Shown piece by piece: positions 46,119-56,759 of a stretch of DNA of 64,000 nucleotides. Where the stretch lies: assembly GCA_026014875.1 (NCBI GenBank), contig JAOZHO010000033.1:13256-77255 (forward strand). Direction: 5' to 3'. The notes under the pieces are model-generated. The model was not told where the DNA came from, ran no database searches, and saw nothing but the letters and a program-made list of their open reading frames with translations. Source of the stretch: Candidatus Bathyarchaeota archaeon. GTDB taxonomy: Archaea; Thermoproteota; Bathyarchaeia; TCS64. A program made the position numbers and the translations under genes. Position 1 is the stretch's first letter; each line of letters begins with the position of its first letter.

Positions 46119-46625
46119 ATGGCAGAATTATCCTACGAGATCCGCCCCGCCGAGGAGGAAGACCTCCCCGTCCTCATGGACCTCATCAAGCAGCTCGCCG
46201 TATACGAGAAGCTCATCGACAGCTACACCGCCACCGTGGAGCTCTACCGCAAGTACGGCTTCGGCGAGGACGCCATCTTCGGCGCCCTCCTCGTGGAGAA
46301 GACCGGGGGCGAGGGGCCCGACTACCTCGGAGTCGCCCTCTACTACTACACCTACTCCACGTTCACGGGAAAGCCCACCCTCTACCTCGAGGACATCTTC
46401 GTCCCCGAGAAGTATCGGGGCCGGGGCATCGGCACCCGCCTCCTGGTGGAGCTCGCGAAGATAGCGGTCGAAAAAGACTGCTCCAGAATGGACTGGATCG
46501 TCCTAGACTGGAACAAGCCCAGCTGGGATTTCTACAAGAACCTCGGCGCCTTCCCCCTAGACGACTGGACCGTCTTCCGGATGCTATCACCGGAGATCAA
46601 GAAACTCGCCGAGAAAAAGCTCTGA
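46119..46625 (+). CDS. GNAT acetyltransferase (SSAT-like)
   Basis: LAVYEK, YSTF, LYLEDIFV.EKYRGRGIG, VLDWN. Confidence 0.92.
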   Translation: MAELSYEIRPAEEEDLPVLMDLIKQLAVYEKLIDSYTATVELYRKYGFGEDAIFGALLVEKTGGEGPDYLGVALYYYTYSTFTGKPTLYLEDIFVPEKYRGRGIGTRLLVELAKIAVEKDCSRMDWIVLDWNKPSWDFYKNLGAFPLDDWTVFRMLSPEIKKLAEKKL

Positions 46626-46634
46626 GAGGCCCCC

Positions 46635-47660
46635 TCAGGGCACGAAGAGAACCTTGCACCCCGCCTTCGACCTGGCCACCTCGAAGGCCCGCTCCGCCTC
46701 CTCCAAGGGGAACCTGTGGGTCGCCAACTCGGCGGCTTCAACCCTTCCCGACTCTATTAGCTCGATGGACGCCTCGAAGTTCTCTGCCCTCGCGTCGTAG
46801 GCTCCGGCCAGGGTTATCTCCCTCCGGACCACTGTGGTCATCGGCACAGCCACGTCCCCCGGGAATATCCCCACGATGGTGACGTGCCCCCTCTTCCTCA
46901 CAAGCCTGACGGCCTGGTGCACCGCCGACGGAGCCCCCACGGCGACGAAGGCGACATCCGCGCCCCTCCCCGAGGTACGCTCCATCACCAGCTCCACGGG
47001 GTCCACATCATCGACGTTCACGGCCTCGAGACCCAGCTTATCCGCAATTTTGAATCGTTCGGTGTCCATGCTTATCCCGGTCACGAGCACTTCGGCCCCC
47101 GCGAGGCGGAGGAGCTGGGCGGAGAAGAGCCCTATGGGGCCGATACCCAGGACCACTGCGAGGTCCCCGGGCTCCACGGGGGTCAGGTCGTTGACGAAGT
47201 GGACGGCGTTGCTGAGGGGCTCCACGAGGGCGGCCTCCTCGAAGGACATCCCCCCGGGGATCGGGTAGAGGAGCCCTTGGGGCACCGAGACGTACTCTGC
47301 GAAGCCCCCGTCCTGGTGGATGCCGAAGAGGCTCGAGGACTCGCAGAGGTTATCCATGCCTTCTAAGCAGAAACGGCACTCCCCGCAGGAGACCACGGAC
47401 CGGCTCAGAACCCTGTCCCCGACCGCGAAGTCCCCGACGCCCTCCCCGATGGCCTCGACGACCCCTGAGAACTCGTGCCCCATAACCACCGGGAGCGCCA
47501 TACCGGAATAGGCTGGTGTGAAGTCGTAGATCCCCAGGTCGCTGCCGCAGATGGAGGCCGCTTTCACCCGGATCAGGACATCCCCGGGACCCGTTGCTGG
47601 GGTTTCCACCTCTCGGACCTCGACGCCTGGCTCCGGCCTCGCCTTCACGACCGCCTTCAA
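46635..47660 (-). CDS. Zn-dependent alcohol/threonine dehydrogenase family
   Basis: ICGSD, GHEFSG, CGECRFC...C, GIGPIG. Confidence 0.92.
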   Translation of the reverse strand: MKAVVKARPEPGVEVREVETPATGPGDVLIRVKAASICGSDLGIYDFTPAYSGMALPVVMGHEFSGVVEAIGEGVGDFAVGDRVLSRSVVSCGECRFCLEGMDNLCESSSLFGIHQDGGFAEYVSVPQGLLYPIPGGMSFEEAALVEPLSNAVHFVNDLTPVEPGDLAVVLGIGPIGLFSAQLLRLAGAEVLVTGISMDTERFKIADKLGLEAVNVDDVDPVELVMERTSGRGADVAFVAVGAPSAVHQAVRLVRKRGHVTIVGIFPGDVAVPMTTVVRREITLAGAYDARAENFEASIELIESGRVEAAELATHRFPLEEAERAFEVARSKAGCKVLFVP

Positions 47661-47732
47661 GTTGATGACAACTCGACCTAAAGTCTCTTAACGGTTTCCC
47701 AGGGAAAAACTAAGTGCTGACACTGGAGACGG

Positions 47733-49001
47733 ATGCACGTGAACGACGCGGAGAGAAGGGTGCTGGACCTCATAGACACCGACGCCATGCTATGGTACCT
47801 GCGGAAGCTCGTCTCGATCCCCAGCCACGGGGGCGAAGAGTCCGCCGCCCAGAGATGCGTCGCCGCGAAGCTCGGGGAGCTGGGGCTCAAAGTGGATGCC
47901 TGGGAGCTGGACTTCGACTCCCTCCGGGGCCACCCCGGGTTCAGCATGCCCATCGAACGGGAGGAGGGGCTCGGGGTCGTGGGCACCCTCAAGGGAGGAG
48001 ACGGGGGCCGCAGCCTCATACTCAACGGCCACATCGACACCGTCGCCCCCGGGAAAGAGGCGAACTGGAGCCATCCCCCGCTGGAGGGCACGATTGTGGA
48101 CGGCAGGGTCTACGGACGAGGAGTCGCCGACATGAAGGGGGGGCTCTGCTGCGCCATCTACGCCGCGAAGGCCATCATCGACTCCGGAGTCAATCTGAAG
48201 GGGACCCTCTCCATCCAGAGCGTCATCGGGGAGGAGGACGGCGGGGTCGGGGCCCTCGCGACGGTGCTCAGGGGGCACACCGCCGACGCCGCCGTGGTCA
48301 TGGAGCCCACGGAGCTCAAGGTGGCCCCCGCCCACTCGGGCGCCCTCGCGTTCACCGTCGATGTCCCGGGGCGCTCCGCCCACGCCTGCGTAAGGGAGGA
48401 GGGGGTGAGCGCCATCGAGAAGTTCATACCCCTGTTCAACGCCCTCAGGGACCTCGAGACGGAGAGGAATCTGGGGATCGACGACCCCCTCTACGCCCGC
48501 TACGGCATCCCCTACCCCATCAACATCGGCACAGTCCACGGCGGCAACTGGCCCGGCAGCGTCCCGGAGAGCCTCGTCTTCCAGGGGCGGGTCGGAGTCG
48601 TCGTGGGGGAGAGGGTCGAGGACGCTAGGAGGAGCGTCGAGAATGCCATCGCCGAAGCCGCCAGGGCCGACCCCTGGCTCAGGGAGAACCCTCCGAGGCT
48701 GGAGTGGAGCGGGTACCAGTTCGACCCCGCCAGCATCGAGAGCGACCACCCCATCGTCGAGGCGGTTCGAGAAGCCTACGCCGAGGCCGCGGGGGAGGAG
48801 GCCCGGCTCGAGGGGATGACCTACGCCTCCGATATGCGCCACCTCATAAACACCGGGGGCGTCCCCACCGTCCTGTTCGGACCAGGAGACGTGAGACAGG
48901 CCCACGCGCCGGACGAGTACGTCGAGATCGGGGAACTGGTGACCGCCGCCCGGGTCCTCGCCCTCACCGCCCTCAGGTTCTGCGGATACGAGGAGCCCTG
49001 A
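47733..49001 (+). CDS. M20 ArgE/DapE family deacylase
   Basis: LNGHIDTV, GRGVADMKGG, GEEDGG, EPT, AHAPDE. Confidence 0.92.
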   Translation: MHVNDAERRVLDLIDTDAMLWYLRKLVSIPSHGGEESAAQRCVAAKLGELGLKVDAWELDFDSLRGHPGFSMPIEREEGLGVVGTLKGGDGGRSLILNGHIDTVAPGKEANWSHPPLEGTIVDGRVYGRGVADMKGGLCCAIYAAKAIIDSGVNLKGTLSIQSVIGEEDGGVGALATVLRGHTADAAVVMEPTELKVAPAHSGALAFTVDVPGRSAHACVREEGVSAIEKFIPLFNALRDLETERNLGIDDPLYARYGIPYPINIGTVHGGNWPGSVPESLVFQGRVGVVVGERVEDARRSVENAIAEAARADPWLRENPPRLEWSGYQFDPASIESDHPIVEAVREAYAEAAGEEARLEGMTYASDMRHLINTGGVPTVLFGPGDVRQAHAPDEYVEIGELVTAARVLALTALRFCGYEEP

Positions 49002-49067
49002 GGCACCGCAATCCCTTTTTCAATGAGGAAGCGGGAAGTACATAGAATCCCGGGGAGCTGACTTGAC

Positions 49068-50186
49068 GTGAAGAGGCTTGGGCTTATCGTGAACCCCATC
49101 GCGGGGATGGGAGGCCGAGTCGGGCTCAAGGGCACCGACGGGCAGGAAATCTTGGACAGGGCGAGGACGCTCGGCGCAGTCTCCACGGCCCCTAGCCGCG
49201 CCGTCGAGGCGCTAGCGAGGCTCACACACCTCAAAGACTCGATAGAGATCATCACATATCCCCACGAGATGGGGGAGGACGAGGCGAGGGAGGCGGGCTT
49301 CGAGCCCACCGTCATCGGCGATATAACCCCGGGGAACACGACCCCCGTGGACACCAGGGCCGCCGCCTCGGAGATGATGGGGCTCGGCGTCGATCTCATC
49401 CTCTTCGCCGGGGGGGACGGCACCGCCCGGGACATCCACGCGGCCGTGGACGGGGAGGTCCCGGTCCTCGGCATCCCGGCAGGGGTCAAGATCCAGTCGG
49501 GAGTTTTCGCCATCAACCCCGCCCGGGCGGGGGACATCGCCGCGAGGTTCATGCGGGGGGAGCTGACGACCGTCCAAGAGCTCGAGGTTATGGACATCGA
49601 CGAGGAGGCCTACAGGGATAACCGGCTCTCCGCCCGCCTCTACGGTTACCTCAGGGTCCCCTACGAGGAGGCGCTTGTCCAGGGCTCCAAGGAGGCCACC
49701 GGGGGCTCCGAGGAGATCAGCCTCGAGGCCATCGCGAGCGAGGTGGTGGAGGGGATGGAGGAGGACACCCTCTACATCATCGGCCCCGGCACCACGACGA
49801 GGCCCATCGCCGAGGAGCTGGGGCTCGAGAAGACCCTGCTGGGGGTGGACGTGGTGGAGAACGGGGGGCTCGTGGCCTCCGACGTCAACGAGGAGAAGAT
49901 CCTCACGCTCATCGCGGGGAGGCGGGCCAAGATCATAGTCACAGTCATCGGGGGGCAGGGATTCATTTTCGGCCGGGGGAACCAGCAGATCAGCCCCGAG
50001 GTTATCAGGAGGGTGGGGGTGGAGAACTTGATCATCGTCGCGTCCCCCGGGAAGCTCGCGGCCCTGAAGGGGAGGACCCTTCTTGTGGACACCGGAGACT
50101 CCGAGGTGGATGAGATGCTCTCGGGCTACCGGAAGGTGGTCATCGGGTACGCCCGGAGATCCGTCTACAAGGTCAGGGCCCAGTGA
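49068..50186 (+). CDS. ATP-NAD kinase family (AcoX-like) protein
   Basis: NPIAGMGG, GGDGTARD, GIPAGVK, GRGNQQ. Confidence 0.88.
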   Translation: MKRLGLIVNPIAGMGGRVGLKGTDGQEILDRARTLGAVSTAPSRAVEALARLTHLKDSIEIITYPHEMGEDEAREAGFEPTVIGDITPGNTTPVDTRAAASEMMGLGVDLILFAGGDGTARDIHAAVDGEVPVLGIPAGVKIQSGVFAINPARAGDIAARFMRGELTTVQELEVMDIDEEAYRDNRLSARLYGYLRVPYEEALVQGSKEATGGSEEISLEAIASEVVEGMEEDTLYIIGPGTTTRPIAEELGLEKTLLGVDVVENGGLVASDVNEEKILTLIAGRRAKIIVTVIGGQGFIFGRGNQQISPEVIRRVGVENLIIVASPGKLAALKGRTLLVDTGDSEVDEMLSGYRKVVIGYARRSVYKVRAQ

Positions 50187-50198
50187 GTTTCTGTAAAA

Positions 50199-51005
50199 TC
50201 ACTTCGGATGGTAGGGGCCTAGGAACTCTTCCTGGAGGATGTTCCCGCCGTCGATGACCATGCTGGCCCCCGTGATGTACCGGGACTCGTCCGAGGCGAG
50301 GAAGAGCACAAGTTCTCCCACCTCCTCCGGGGTCCCCTGGCGCCCCCACGGTATATTCATCCCGAACTCCTTCATCGCCTCCTCGGCGTCCTCCTCCACC
50401 CGGCTCCCCCTGAGCCCCCAGGCGCTGCGGGACTCGATGTACCCGGGCATGACGCAGTTGACGTTGATGCCGTGCTGGGCGGTCTCCAGGGCGAGGGCCA
50501 CGGTGAAGCCCTGCACCGCCGACTTTGTCGCGGCGTAGGCGGTCTGGCCCCCCGCCGGGGTCCCCACCATGGGGCCCGTCACCGAGGACATGTTCACTAT
50601 CTTCCCGTATCGCCTCTCCATCATCCCGGGGAGGACAGCCCGGGCACACCGGAACATCCCGAAGACGTTCACCTCGAAGATCCGGGTCATGAAGTCATCG
50701 TCCATCTCCACGAGCCTCCGGCGGGGATAGATCCCGGCGTTGTTCACGAGGATGTCGATCTTCCCGTGTTCCTCGATGACTTTCTCGACGACTCCGTCGA
50801 CCTGAGCCCTGTCGGTGACGTCCATCACCCAGCCGTGGGCTGTGAGGCCGTCCCCCCGGAGCGCCTCGGCGGTCTCATTCACCGCATCCGAGACGTCGGT
50901 CAACGCCACGACGGCGCCATGGGTCGCGAGGACCCGTGAAATCCCTGCGCCGATCCCCTGGGCTGCCCCGGTGACCAGCGCGACCTTCCCCTCTAGTCTC
51001 TTCAT
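50199..51005 (-). CDS. Short-chain dehydrogenase/reductase (UcpA-like)
   Basis: TGAAQGIG, NNAG, SSVTG, YAATK. Confidence 0.93.
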   Translation of the reverse strand: MKRLEGKVALVTGAAQGIGAGISRVLATHGAVVALTDVSDAVNETAEALRGDGLTAHGWVMDVTDRAQVDGVVEKVIEEHGKIDILVNNAGIYPRRRLVEMDDDFMTRIFEVNVFGMFRCARAVLPGMMERRYGKIVNMSSVTGPMVGTPAGGQTAYAATKSAVQGFTVALALETAQHGINVNCVMPGYIESRSAWGLRGSRVEEDAEEAMKEFGMNIPWGRQGTPEEVGELVLFLASDESRYITGASMVIDGGNILQEEFLGPYHPK

Positions 51006-52552
51006 TATTTTTCGCCTCGTTTCCTTTTATAGGCTCTCCAGGTCATCGCCCATCGTTCGGGGTCGTCGAAGGAGGAGGGATCGAAAATGTGCATCGATGA
51101 ATTGTGGGGCGCAGACCTCACGAGCTCCGGGTCGCTGTAGGCCTCCTCGCAAACCCTCCTGAGGGCCTCGGCCCAGTAGTCGATGTCCGCCTTGGAATAT
51201 GTCTCGCAGGGCTCCGGGGTGAAGGGCTCGGGGACCAGCCACGGGTGGTGGCTCGTGAAGAACGTTTGGATACCGTAGTCGACGATGCGCCTGTTAACGT
51301 CGTCGACGCCGACCCCGGTCTCCTCCTTGAGGGTCTGGAGGCTGTAGCGTATCTGGTCGATCCGCCTGCCGCCGAAGGGCTTGGTGACCCCCTTGATACC
51401 CTGCAGCTTCTTCTCGAGGTACTGGTTGTTGATCATGGAGACCTCGGCGACCTCCCTGAGCCCCCGGGCCCCCAGCGCCATGGCCCAGGCGTAGCTGCGG
51501 ACCACGACCTGGACGTTCCCCAAAAAGTCCCGGACCCTCCCGATGCTCCGGGGCCGGTCGTAGTCGAGGCCGTAACGGTCGCCTTCCTTGACCACCACGG
51601 GCACCGGGAGATAGGGCGCCAGCTCCTCGGTGACCCCGACGGCCCCGCATCCTGGTCCCGAGGAGCCGTGGGGGCTGCCGAAGGTCTTGTGGAGGTTGAA
51701 GAAGCACATGTCGAAGCCGGCCTCCTGGGCCCGGGTCACCCCCAGCAGGGCGTTGGCGTTGGCTTGGTCGTAGGCGCATAGCCCCCCGGCCTCGTGGACG
51801 ATCCGGGTCCACTCGTCGATCTCCCTGTTGAATATCCCGGTGTCCTCCGGGTTGGTGATGAATAGACCGGCGGTGTTCTCGTTGACCGCGGCCTTCAGCG
51901 CGTCGGTGCTGGGGAGGCCGTCCTCCTCGGGGTAGAGGGTAACCACCCGGAAACCGGCGGTGGCGGGGCAGGCGGCGTCGCAGGGGTGGCTGAAGACCGT
52001 GGTGATGATCTCGTTCCTCTGCTCCAGCTCCCCGTTCTCCCCGTGGTAAGCCCGCATGATGCAGGCGTTGTTGTAGGCCGCCGCGGAGCCCCCGCTCGGC
52101 TGGAAGCTGAACTCGTCCATCCCCGAGACCTCCCCGAGGAAGGTGTGCCCAAACTCGTAGAGGATCTCCAGGAGCCCCTGGAGGGTCCCCTCGGGCTGGA
52201 GGGGGTGGATGTCGGCGGTCAGCGCGGCGAGCCCCTCGTTCACCTTGGGGCTGTACTTCATGGTGCATGTGCCCACCCCGAGGTCGATGTCCAGCTCCAT
52301 CCCCAGGGTCACCTGGCTGAGGCGGAGGTAGTGGCGGAGGACCTGGGCCTGGGAGAGCTCCGGGAGATTCGGGGGCGTCTCCCTCAGGACTTTCCCGGGG
52401 AGGATCGAGTCGATGGCCCCGGTTTGAGCCGTTATCTCATCTTCGACGCGGGGCACGCTGATGCCCCTTTCGCCCTTCCTCCCCAGCTCGTGGATGATGG
52501 ACTCGTCCCAGACGGGGGCGTGGTATCGCCTCAGCTTGGCTACCCCCGTCAT
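51005..52552 (-). CDS. gcvPB: Glycine dehydrogenase (decarboxylating) subunit 2
   Basis: RHYLRLSQ, GTCTMKY, TNPED, NLHKTFGSPHG. Confidence 0.88.
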   Translation of the reverse strand: MTGVAKLRRYHAPVWDESIIHELGRKGERGISVPRVEDEITAQTGAIDSILPGKVLRETPPNLPELSQAQVLRHYLRLSQVTLGMELDIDLGVGTCTMKYSPKVNEGLAALTADIHPLQPEGTLQGLLEILYEFGHTFLGEVSGMDEFSFQPSGGSAAAYNNACIMRAYHGENGELEQRNEIITTVFSHPCDAACPATAGFRVVTLYPEEDGLPSTDALKAAVNENTAGLFITNPEDTGIFNREIDEWTRIVHEAGGLCAYDQANANALLGVTRAQEAGFDMCFFNLHKTFGSPHGSSGPGCGAVGVTEELAPYLPVPVVVKEGDRYGLDYDRPRSIGRVRDFLGNVQVVVRSYAWAMALGARGLREVAEVSMINNQYLEKKLQGIKGVTKPFGGRRIDQIRYSLQTLKEETGVGVDDVNRRIVDYGIQTFFTSHHPWLVPEPFTPEPCETYSKADIDYWAEALRRVCEEAYSDPELVRSAPHNSSMHIFDPSSFDDPERWAMTWRAYKRKRGEK

Positions 52553-53964
52553 TTAAGCACCTCCTCGAGAGTGACTGCGAGCCTGTCCAGCTCATTCTTC
52601 GTGTGCATCTCCGTGACGCAGTAGAGGGAACTCTGTCCCAGCTCCGGGAACTCAAGTGAGACATCTTTCCCGCCGAAGATGCCCCGCTCCAGGAGTCCCT
52701 CGTTGACTGTGGCGACATCCCTGCCCGTGGCGTCGATGTTGACGAGGAACTCCTTGAAGAAGCCCCTGAAGGGAACGTTGACCCCGTCCAGCTCCGACAC
52801 GAGGCGGGCTGCATAATGTGACTTCCTCAGGATCGCCTCCCCCACCTCCCTCATGCCCCGGGGTCCCATGAGAGCCATGTAGACTCCCGCCCCGATGGCC
52901 CAGAGGGCCGTAGAGGTCCCAATCCAGTCCTTGGCCTTGTCCCGGCCGATGTAACTGGTCCTGTCGAAGGTGCACTGCCCGAAGCCGTACTCGCCCCGCT
53001 CGTTCTCCGTGACGCTGATGAGGCGGAGGGGGTACTCCCCGACGTACCGCTCCTCGTCCCGGGACGCAATGAAGCCCCCTAGGCCGCCCCCCGCGAACAT
53101 GGGGACCCCGAGGGGCTGGATGTCCCCGCACGCGATGTCTGCGCCATAGTCTGCGGGGGGTGCGAGGACCCCGAGGGTAATGGGGTCGACGCCCACGATG
53201 AACTCTGCGCCGTGGTCGTGGGCGATCTCCCCGATCTCCTTGAGCTCGGTCTCCACCACCCCCAGGTACGACGGGCTCTCCACGTAGACCCCCGCGGTCT
53301 CCTCATCGATCTTAGCCTCCAGGTCCCCCAGGTCGAGGGCCCCGGTTCCGGGGTCGTATCCCACCTCCTCGATCTCGATGTGGCCCGGCATCTGACTCGG
53401 CTGGGCGTAGTTCTCGATGACTGAACGCCTCCCGGGGCTGATGATCCGGGGTATGAGCACCCTGTTCCTGCCGGTGAGGCGCTGGGCCATCCTGACCGCG
53501 TTCCCCGCGGCTCCGGCCCAGTCGTAGGTGGGGAGACCGGAGACCTCCATCCCGACGAGCTCCCCGATCATGCTCTGGAACTCGAATATCGCCTGGAACC
53601 TGCCGAGGTCCGAGTAGGGGCCCCCGGCGTAGGCGGTGAGGAACTCGCTGCGCCCCATGATCTCCAGGCAGACAGCGGGGACGTAATGCTGCCAGCACCC
53701 CGACCCTAGGAAGCTGAGGTGGTCGGCGCATGTCCCGTTCTTGGAGAGGATGCCCTCCACGTGCCTCCTGAGGTCCAACTCGCTCGGGAGGGGTTCGGGG
53801 AGGTCGAGGGGGCGCTTGAGGAGAAGCCGGTCGGGGATCATCTCCGCGTAGAGTTCCCGGGCGTCCTGGGCTCCGATCTCTCGGAGCATCTCTCGTTTCA
53901 CATCGGGGACGGAGTTGGGGATGTAAGGGTGAACGAAGTCGTCTTCGACCATCGTAGAATCCAT
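52549..53964 (-). CDS. gcvPA: Glycine dehydrogenase (decarboxylating) subunit 1
   Basis: HPYIPN, FLGSG, RSEFLTAY, FEFQS, GADIACGD.QPLG. Confidence 0.88.
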   Translation of the reverse strand: MDSTMVEDDFVHPYIPNSVPDVKREMLREIGAQDARELYAEMIPDRLLLKRPLDLPEPLPSELDLRRHVEGILSKNGTCADHLSFLGSGCWQHYVPAVCLEIMGRSEFLTAYAGGPYSDLGRFQAIFEFQSMIGELVGMEVSGLPTYDWAGAAGNAVRMAQRLTGRNRVLIPRIISPGRRSVIENYAQPSQMPGHIEIEEVGYDPGTGALDLGDLEAKIDEETAGVYVESPSYLGVVETELKEIGEIAHDHGAEFIVGVDPITLGVLAPPADYGADIACGDIQPLGVPMFAGGGLGGFIASRDEERYVGEYPLRLISVTENERGEYGFGQCTFDRTSYIGRDKAKDWIGTSTALWAIGAGVYMALMGPRGMREVGEAILRKSHYAARLVSELDGVNVPFRGFFKEFLVNIDATGRDVATVNEGLLERGIFGGKDVSLEFPELGQSSLYCVTEMHTKNELDRLAVTLEEVLK

Positions 53965-54055
53965 TCGTAAGGGAGCCGGATTGTAATATTATCCTTTGGA
54001 TGAAGGCAAAACTTGGGTGAGATGTGCGGGGTCCCGGTGCCGCTTGGAGAGGTCG

Positions 54056-55015
54056 CTATTTCCTCTGCTCGGGCACCAGGTTAGGAGGCGTCTTCCCCTC
54101 CAGGAAGGCCCTCACGTTCACGGCGCAGACCTCCGCCATCTTCCTCCGGGTCTCCACCGTCGCCGACCCGATGTGAGAGGCGAGCACCGTGCTCCCCAGC
54201 CCCGCCAGCTCGTCCCCGGCGGGCAGGGGCTCCTCCTCGAAGACGTCGAGGGCCGCGCCCCCGATCTTCCCCTCCTTCAGGGACTCCACAAGGGCCGCCT
54301 GGTCGATGACGGGCCCCCGGGAGGTGTTGACGATGATCGCGTCCTCCTTCATCAGCTCGAACTCCCTGGCTCCGATGAGGTGCCTAGTCGACGGGATCAG
54401 GGGCACGTGGATGGAAACGATGTCGGCGCTCTTGAGCAGCTCGTCGAACTCCACAAATTTGATTCCCATGGATTCCTCGAGGTCCTCCCGCCTGTAGACA
54501 TCAGAATAGACGACATCGACGTCGAATCCCTGAGCCCTCTTAGCGACCTCGACGCCGATCCTACCCATGCCGACGATTCCCAGGGTCTTCCCCTCCGTGT
54601 CGGCGCCCAGGGGGAGCCTCCGGGTCCTCCCGGCCCAGCCCTCCCTCACGTGTCCGTCGGACTCGACGATGCCCCGCATCTGGGAGAGGATGAGCCCCCA
54701 TGTGAGGTCGGCGACGGCCCCCGAGAGAACGCCGGGGGTGTGGGTGACGTGGATGCCCCGCTTGGTGCAGGCCCCGACATCGACGCTGTCGTAGCCGACC
54801 CCGAACCTCGCGACGATCCCGAGCCCTGGGGCCTTGTCTAGGAAGGCGTCGTCGACCGTCTCCATTCCCGCGATCAAGGCGTCGGCATCCCTCAGCTCCT
54901 CGATGTACGCTTCTTCCCTCGGGGATTCATAGACCACTTCGGCCAGGTCCCTGAGTCCGTCGGCGAGCTCCTCGGGGAAGTTGATCTTCCCGGCTCCTAC
55001 AAGCACCTTCTTCAA
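54056..55015 (-). CDS. D-2-hydroxyacid dehydrogenase (glyoxylate reductase-like)
   Basis: GVGYD, GMGRIG, NTSRG, LDVFEEEP, HIGSAT. Confidence 0.92.
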   Translation of the reverse strand: MKKVLVGAGKINFPEELADGLRDLAEVVYESPREEAYIEELRDADALIAGMETVDDAFLDKAPGLGIVARFGVGYDSVDVGACTKRGIHVTHTPGVLSGAVADLTWGLILSQMRGIVESDGHVREGWAGRTRRLPLGADTEGKTLGIVGMGRIGVEVAKRAQGFDVDVVYSDVYRREDLEESMGIKFVEFDELLKSADIVSIHVPLIPSTRHLIGAREFELMKEDAIIVNTSRGPVIDQAALVESLKEGKIGGAALDVFEEEPLPAGDELAGLGSTVLASHIGSATVETRRKMAEVCAVNVRAFLEGKTPPNLVPEQRK

Positions 55016-55217
55016 AACAGGTTCACGGTCGGGTCTAGACGCCCGGGGAATAAAACCTTAGCGTCTGACGGGGAGTCTCTGCGTGAGCCCTGTTGGGGGT
55101 CCGGAATCTTCAGAGCCCATTAAATGAGCATCAAGGGCCCATGGGTTGCGTCGTTTTTGAAACGAAAATGTTAATAGCCTCGGCCCTGCTGAAACTTCAA
55201 AATTCGAGTGATACGAG

Positions 55218-56669
55218 ATGGGTTTCCGTGATAAATTCAAGAACGCGGATAACGCCCTCACATTCAACGATGTGATTCTTTTACCCGGTTGGACGACCCT
55301 GGAGCCCGACGAGGCGTCGGTGAAGACCCAGGCGACCCGGAGCGTCTCCCTCAACGCCCCCTTCATTGCGAGCCCCATGGACACCGTCACCGAGAGCGAG
55401 ATGGCCATCGCCCTCGCCAGGAACGGGTGCCTCGGGGTCCTCCACAGGAACTGCTCCGCAGAGGAGGAGGTGGACATGGCCAGGGCGGTGAAGCGGGCCG
55501 AGGCCCTCATCATCAGGGACGTTATCACAGTGAACCCCGAGACCACCATCGAGGAGCTCCTGGCGCTCATGAAAGAGCATAGCATCAGCGGCTTCCCCGT
55601 CGTGGAGAACGGGGACAGCCTCGCAGGCATCGTCACCTGGCGGGACGTCCGCCTCGCAGACAAGGGGCTCAAAGTCGGCGACGTCATGACCAAGGACGTG
55701 ATCACCGGCACAGAGGAGACGAGCCTCGAGGAGGCTATGGTAATCCTCCACGATCACAGGATCGAGAAGCTTCCCATCGTCGACGGGAAGGGCCGGGTCC
55801 GGGGCCTAATGACCATGAAGGACATCACCCTCAAGGGGACCTACCCCGACGCCCTCAGGGACGAGGAGGGTCGCCTCATCTGTGCGGCCGCGACCTCCCC
55901 CTTCGACCTGGAACGGGCCAAGGCCCTCGACAAGTACGTCGACATCCTCATCACCGACGTCGCCCACTTCCACAACAAGAACTGCTTCGAGGCCACCAAG
56001 AAGATCCTCAAAGAGGTCGAGGCCGAGGTCATCGTCGGCAACATCGGCACATACGAGGCCGCCGAGGACTGCCTGACCAAGCTCGACGGCGTCGCAGGGC
56101 TCCGGGTGGGCATCGGGAGCGGCAGCATCTGCAGCACCAGCGTCGTGACCCGGGCCGGGGCGCCCACCCTGTACGCCACATCCCAGGCAGCGGACGCGGT
56201 GAAGGACTACGGGGCGAACGTGCCGGTCATCGCGGACGGCGGCCTCAGGAACCCCGGGGACATCGCCGTCGCCCTCGCAGTGGGAGCCTCCTGCGCCATG
56301 ATGGGAAACGTCTTCGCCGGCTGCAGCGAGAGCCCGGGGAGACTCGTCGCGCTGGAGGGCAGATACTACAAGGAGTACTACGGCATGGGGAGCCCCAGGG
56401 CCCGGAGGAAGCGCTTCGTCCAGGACAGGTACTCCCAGCCCAGCAAGGCCATCTCCGAGGGAGTCGAGGGATGGGTCCCCTACCGGGGGCCGGTCACCGA
56501 CATCATCAGCGAGTTCGTGGGAGGACTCAAAGCCGCGATGGGCTACGTCGGGGCGAGGACCATCCCCGAGATCTGGGACAAGGCGAGGCTCGCCCTGATC
56601 ACCGAGCGGGGGGCCAAGGAGATTGCACCCCACGACATCATGAGGCCTGGGCCCAACAGAGAACCCTAA
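55218..56669 (+). CDS. guaB: IMP dehydrogenase with CBS pair
   Basis: LTFNDV, SPMDTVTE, GIGSGSICST, IADGG, YYGMGS, EGVEG. Confidence 0.96.
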   Translation: MGFRDKFKNADNALTFNDVILLPGWTTLEPDEASVKTQATRSVSLNAPFIASPMDTVTESEMAIALARNGCLGVLHRNCSAEEEVDMARAVKRAEALIIRDVITVNPETTIEELLALMKEHSISGFPVVENGDSLAGIVTWRDVRLADKGLKVGDVMTKDVITGTEETSLEEAMVILHDHRIEKLPIVDGKGRVRGLMTMKDITLKGTYPDALRDEEGRLICAAATSPFDLERAKALDKYVDILITDVAHFHNKNCFEATKKILKEVEAEVIVGNIGTYEAAEDCLTKLDGVAGLRVGIGSGSICSTSVVTRAGAPTLYATSQAADAVKDYGANVPVIADGGLRNPGDIAVALAVGASCAMMGNVFAGCSESPGRLVALEGRYYKEYYGMGSPRARRKRFVQDRYSQPSKAISEGVEGWVPYRGPVTDIISEFVGGLKAAMGYVGARTIPEIWDKARLALITERGAKEIAPHDIMRPGPNREP

Positions 56670-56759
56670 CCAACCTTTTCATTCCAACCGTCACTCTGCG
56701 TGAGCCCTCTCGCTGGAAGGTTTCAAAAACCGGAGGGGGAGATATATCCCCGAGGTTTT

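Noticed and set aside
55020-55217. Riboswitch-like leader before guaB
   Set aside because: No recognisable aptamer consensus or convincing stems; it fits a divergent promoter region.
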